Assembly: GCA_963805875.1 (NCBI GenBank) | Contig: CAWDWE010000002.1 | Coordinates: 136,039 to 168,038 of the forward strand | DNA from: Pirellulaceae bacterium | GTDB lineage: Bacteria; Planctomycetota; Planctomycetia; Pirellulales; Pirellulaceae | Direction of reading: 5' to 3' | Length of the DNA: 32,000 nucleotides | Part shown: positions 28,289 to 32,000 of the stretch, in pieces | How positions within the stretch are numbered: position 1 is the stretch's first letter | Layout: every line of letters begins with the position of its first letter | The notes under the pieces: model-generated | What the model was told of the DNA's origin: nothing | Database searches by the model: none | What the model saw: only the letters and a program-made list of their open reading frames with translations | Made by a program: the position numbers and the translations under genes

Positions 28289-28398
28289 TGGCAGGGTTCC
28301 TGTTGCATCAATTCCTTCGCGGACACACTTTTCCGCCCCCCCGGATTGGTCTGGCGGGGCACGTAAGGCTATATTGTACGCCTTTGCCGCCCACGTGT

Positions 28399-28460
28399 AC
28401 TAGCCCGACGCGTGAGCGAGGAGTTTCCGGCTGCATTCCTCGCTTACGCTTCGGGCTAGT
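28399..28460. repeat. palindromic repeat ('ctagcccgacgcg..agcgagg' family, copy 2)
   Basis: Arms actagcccgacgcgtgagcgagga (28399-28422) and tcctcgcttacgcttcgggctagt (28437-28460) have 2 mismatches and a 14-nt loop. It belongs to the same family as 19540-19605. It occupies the false 5' extension of ORF 28303-29856. Confidence 0.85.
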
Positions 28461-28482
28461 GTGTAAGGATTGTGAAAACGCT

Positions 28483-29856
28483 ATGACTGCATTGGACGAC
28501 TATCTCGCTGAGCACCGCGAGCCGTTTGAGGACGACCTCTGCGAGCTGCTGCGAATCCCCAGCGTCAGCGCCGACAGCAAATACAAGGCGGACGTGCTGG
28601 CCGCCGCCGATTGGATTCACCAGCAATTCACCGGCATCGGGCTAACGTCCGAACTGGTCGAAACGGCCGGCTATCCGGTCGTGTACGCCGAATCCCCACC
28701 CGTCGAAGGCGCCCCGGTGGCGCTCGTCTACGGTCATTACGACGTGCAGCCGCCCGACCCGCTGGGCCTCTGGGAAACTCCGCCGTTCGAGCCAACGAAG
28801 CGCGACGGCAACATCTACGCCCGCGGCGCGACCGATGACAAAGGGCAAATGCTCACGCATGTGAAAAGCGTGCAGGCCTGGCTGGAAACGGAGAAGAAGC
28901 TGCCGCTGCAGGTGAAATTTGTCATCGAAGGGGAGGAAGAAGTCGGCAGCAAGAATTTGTCGCCGTTCTTGCATGAGCATCGCGATCGGCTGAAGTGCGA
29001 CGTGGTTGTCATCAGCGACACCAGCCAATTCGGCCCCCGGCAGCCGGCGATAACTTACGGACTGCGGGGCATCGCTTACTACGAACTACGCCTGGCCGGT
29101 CCCAAGCAAGACCTGCACTCCGGCACGTTCGGTGGCGCGGTGACCAATCCGGCCGTCGCCCTGGCGCGAATGCTTACGTCGATCATCGACGACGAAGGCC
29201 GCGTGCAAATCCCGGGCTTCTACGACGACGTGCAGCCGCTCTCGCAAGACGAACGCGAACAGCTCGCCGCGCTGCCGTTCAGCGAGGCGAACTTTTTCAA
29301 GCAGGTTGGTGTCGAAGGAAACTGGGGCGAGCAGGGATTCACCACTTTGGAACGGCGCTGGGCGCGGCCGACGTTCGACGTCAATGGTCTGGAAAGCGGC
29401 TATCAAGGTGAAGGGGCGAAGACGGTGCTGCCGTCACACGCAGTTGCCAAGTTCAGCTTCCGCCTCGTGCCGGAGCAAGACCCACAGCAGATCACCGAGT
29501 CGCTACGAGTGTTCTTGGAAGAGCGGCTGCTGCCCGGCATCACGATGGAACTCGTCGACATGCACGGCTCGCCCGGCTGCGTCGTGCCGCTGGATAGCCC
29601 GTTCATGGCGGCGGCCGCGGCGGCGATTGAAAAGGGCTTCGGTCATTCGCCCGTTTATATCCGCGAAGGCGGGTCGATTCCGATTGTCAACGATTTCAAG
29701 GAACTACTCGGCGTTGATACACTGCTGTTGGGCTGGGGCCTCGACGACGACAACACCCACGCCCCCAACGAAAAATTCAACCTCTCCGATTACCACCGCG
29801 GCATCAAAGCGAGCGCGTACCTGTGGCGCGAGTTGAGCCGGGTGAGTGTAGGATAA
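28483..29856 (+). CDS. M20-family metallopeptidase (dipeptidase / deacylase-like)
   Basis: The start is at ATG 28483 (MTALDDYLAEHRE), downstream of the repeat. M20 signatures: LVYGHYDVQP, ARGATDDKGQ, FVIEGEEEVGS, and a C-terminal REGGSIP. Confidence 0.9.
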   Translation: MTALDDYLAEHREPFEDDLCELLRIPSVSADSKYKADVLAAADWIHQQFTGIGLTSELVETAGYPVVYAESPPVEGAPVALVYGHYDVQPPDPLGLWETPPFEPTKRDGNIYARGATDDKGQMLTHVKSVQAWLETEKKLPLQVKFVIEGEEEVGSKNLSPFLHEHRDRLKCDVVVISDTSQFGPRQPAITYGLRGIAYYELRLAGPKQDLHSGTFGGAVTNPAVALARMLTSIIDDEGRVQIPGFYDDVQPLSQDEREQLAALPFSEANFFKQVGVEGNWGEQGFTTLERRWARPTFDVNGLESGYQGEGAKTVLPSHAVAKFSFRLVPEQDPQQITESLRVFLEERLLPGITMELVDMHGSPGCVVPLDSPFMAAAAAAIEKGFGHSPVYIREGGSIPIVNDFKELLGVDTLLLGWGLDDDNTHAPNEKFNLSDYHRGIKASAYLWRELSRVSVG

Positions 29857-29935
29857 CACGCTGCCCCGAACGGGCGAAAGCGAACCGGACACTGCTGTCG
29901 CCCTTTCAGGGCTTGAAATTCATCGACGCCCGAAA

Positions 29936-29980
29936 CCGGGGGCTAACGCCCCCGGCTACGCGCTGTCGTCCCTTCGGGAC
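29936..29980 (+). terminator. two GC hairpins downstream of the M20 gene (terminator or REP-like)
   Basis: ccgggggc-taac-gcccccgg (29936-29955) and gtccc-ttc-gggac (29968-29980). No obvious U-tract. Confidence 0.35.
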
Positions 29981-30004
29981 TAAGCCAACGCTGGAAATTA
30001 AGTC

Positions 30005-30415
30005 ATGCTCGACCGCAAATACATTCTCGAAAACGCCGCCGCCGTTAAGCAAAACTGCATCGACCGCGGGGCGACCGCCGATGTCGACGGCCTGGTAAAG
30101 CTCGAAACCAAGCGCCGCGAGTTGTTGCAGAAAGTGCAAGACCTCAACACCCAGGCGAACCAGGTCAGCAAGACGATCGGCCAGGCGAAAGACGCCGCCG
30201 AGCGCGATGCCCGCAAGGAGGAAGGCCGAAAGCTCCGCGAGCAAAAGGACGCTGCGCAGACCGAACACGACGAACTCGAAGAAAAGATCCTCGACATCGC
30301 CCGGATGATTCCCAACCTCACCCACCCCGACGCGCCTCTCGGCGAGGATGACCAGGCGAATCTCGAGCTTCGCAAGGGCGCAGAGCAAACACCGTACCTG
30401 AACGAAATACAATGA
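30005..30415 (+). pseudogene. serS: seryl-tRNA synthetase, N-terminal coiled-coil arm only (truncated at the compositional junction)
   Basis: MLDRKYILENAAAVKQNCIDRGA..LLQKVQDLNTQANQVSKTIGQAKD..IPNLTHPDAPLGEDDQANLELRKG matches the SerRS N-terminal tRNA-binding arm. The reading frame ends after 136 codons, whereas SerRS is normally about 420-430 aa. The last few codons lie in AT-rich foreign sequence. Confidence 0.85.
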
Positions 30416-30433
30416 AAAATATAAACATAACCG

Positions 30434-31098
30434 TTATGTATTGCTCAACCAATTTTTTTCAATGTAATTACCAGCGCCATCCTGATACCAGATATTATAC
30501 ATTACAACTTTTAAAACCGCGCTTTTATAGTCATCCGGATATTCTGTTTTCAATTTGTAGAAAGCACGGGCAGCCGTATTGCCACCTCCCCATGCCTAAT
30601 GTAAACGGGAGCAGGATTTTTTTCTAATAAAACCTGCACAATTTTTTAAGACCCCGCGGGTGTCAATCCAATTATCCTGGGCTAAAAGTAATTTTAGCAC
30701 CAGGTTTGAGTTCCCATCTTTTATTTATCAATCCTCGCAGGTGATCATTATCCTCTATCCCCAATGCAACTAATTTCTCTTAACTTATCTATAGTGGGAT
30801 AATTGGGATTGTGTTTAATCAGGTTCGGAGACAATTTAGCGTATGCCTCTAATTGTTTTTCATACCAGTTTTTTTGCCATGTCCCTCTCTCTGGAATATT
30901 GAATTTGTTTCAACTTATAGCAGATACTTCAACGTCAACAGGTATACAGTAAAAACCGTATCATTGAACTGTGATCATCAACATCTCCATTGGTCATTAT
31001 GATAACTCTTGTTTTTTTGACTTGTTCTGCGCATTTAAACCTGTTATCGCTGATAAAAGAATAATATATATTAGCAATAAGGAAATTTTCTTTAAATT
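30434..31098 (-). pseudogene. DUF1593-like (nucleoside-hydrolase-like) secreted protein, multiply frameshifted and 3'-truncated; Bacteroidota-like
   Basis: Minus-strand fragments in different frames: a signal peptide KKISLLLIYIILLSAITGLNAQ, then KKTRVIIMTNGDVDDHSSMIRFLLYT, then NIPERGTWQKNWYEKQLEAYAKLSPNLIKHNPNYPTIDKLREI, then AWGGGNTAARAFYKLKTEYPDDYKSAVLKVVMYNIWYQDGAGNYIEKNW. One shift is at the 7-nt homopolymer 31012-31018. No start codon was resolved. The assignment is from memory of the DUF1593 motifs (TDgexDD..S..R.LLY, WGG.NT.A). Confidence 0.5.
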
Positions 31099-31105
31099 CT
31101 ATAAT

Positions 31106-32000
31106 CTATTTGTTTTTAGAATAATATATTCTCACAGCCATATACTTAGCTGATGGCCATCTGATTGTAAAAGTTCCGGAATGCATGCCGTCAATTTCGC
31201 TAACGGTCATGTTCCATGTATCCAGGACATCCACCTGATATCCCTTCCCTTCCGGCATGGTGAAGCCTTTTTCGCTGGTCACTTCTTCTCCGAAACAGTA
31301 TAGATAGTAATCGTTTCCAGCTTCTGCTGATACACTATTGAGGGTTGTCAGCCCTCCGGGTAATGGTTTGGAATCGTTATTCAGGACTTCCTTACTGAGC
31401 GAGGATACCGTTTAGAACTTTTCCCAACAGGATACCGCCTTTCCAAAAGTATAAAGTGTTACTATAATATTTGCGATGGGTGGCATATGCTCCCTTAGTG
31501 GTGGCCATCCAATGACGGTATAATTCTTCTTCGCCACTAAGCTTGCCCCAATAAGCCCCCAAATCTCCTTCGTAACCATATTCATCGAGTAAGACAGGTT
31601 TATCATACTCAGATTTAAATGCGTGTAAATCGATTAATTCTTTGGCGTCTTTACCAATCTGGTAACTAATATGAGTAACCCAGTCTTTTTTCCAGTCATA
31701 CTTTTTTCCAGGAAGGGCATGAATCGAAAGTAAATGATTATATGGATCTGCATCCGCTACAATGTTACCAAGTGTATCCCAATATCCATATGATTTATCT
31801 ATCAAATCAAATTCGTTAGCCATCGACCACCAAATATTTTGATAAGCTGAAAGCCTGGCCGTTACATACTCTAAATAAAATTTCTTGTCAGCATCACTCA
31901 TCTTATCAAATCCAAATTCTCCTCTATCATAGGGATGAAATAAGATGAAATCTGCCTGAATACCTAATTCGTCTAAATCGCGCACACTTTTATCAATCAT
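31106..32000 (-). pseudogene. DUF4038/DUF5605-type glycoside-hydrolase-like protein; 5' end outside the window, one or more frameshifts
   Basis: ORF 31392-32000 (..ILFHPYDRGEFGFDKM..NIWWSMANEFDL..LLSIHA..LLDEYGYEGD..) continues in another frame. The continuation is LSKEVLNNDSKPLPGGLTTLNSVSAEAGNDYYLYCFGEEVTSEKGFTMPEGKGYQVDVLDTWNMTVSEIDGMHSGTFTIRWPSAKYMAVRIYYSKNK*, with the stop at 31106-31108. The frame switch is at about 31395-31425. The region is AT-rich. Confidence 0.65.

Noticed and set aside
30412-31153. Plus-strand ORFs 30412-30627 and 30971-31153 in the AT-rich segment
   Set aside because: They are low-complexity Ile/Phe/Asn/Tyr-rich shadows. The minus strand carries recognisable DUF1593-like motifs.
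1-32000. CRISPR arrays, rRNA or tRNA genes, prophage or integrative elements, toxin-antitoxin pairs
   Set aside because: I found no regularly spaced direct repeats, no rRNA or tRNA signatures, no integrase, transposase or phage structural genes, and no small overlapping gene pairs of toxin-antitoxin type on either strand.

Overview
The window has two compositional parts. Positions 1 to about 30,400 are GC-rich (by eye about 60-65%) and look like a Planctomycetota (Pirellula-like) chromosome. This part carries an exosortase / EpsI / giant-TPR operon, a nearby PEP-CTERM cargo gene and two sigma-54 enhancer-binding proteins. It also carries housekeeping genes (sucC, sucD, mtaB, clpS, an M20 dipeptidase, the 5' part of serS), an M48 peptidase, a second TPR protein and a NarL-type response regulator. 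My best candidate for an undescribed system is a tightly coupled four-gene minus-strand operon at 22270-26237: coiled-coil protein, membrane-anchored FGE-type lectin-fold protein that appears non-catalytic, zinc-ribbon small GTPase, and a possibly GAP1-like partner. The intergenic regions hold at least four families of GC-rich palindromic REP/MITE-like repeats. From about 30,400 to 32,000 the sequence switches abruptly to AT-rich, Bacteroidota-like DNA with DUF1593-like and DUF4038/DUF5605-like genes on the minus strand. serS and the DUF1593-like gene are both cut at that junction, so a chimeric join is the simplest reading. At least about 12 apparent 1-nt frameshifts interrupt otherwise well-conserved genes on both sides of the junction, including sucC, and several sit at homopolymer runs. 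Most 'pseudogenes' here are therefore probably sequencing or assembly indels rather than biology. I saw no rRNA, tRNA, CRISPR array, transposase or integrase. All family assignments come from motif recognition by eye; no database search was run.
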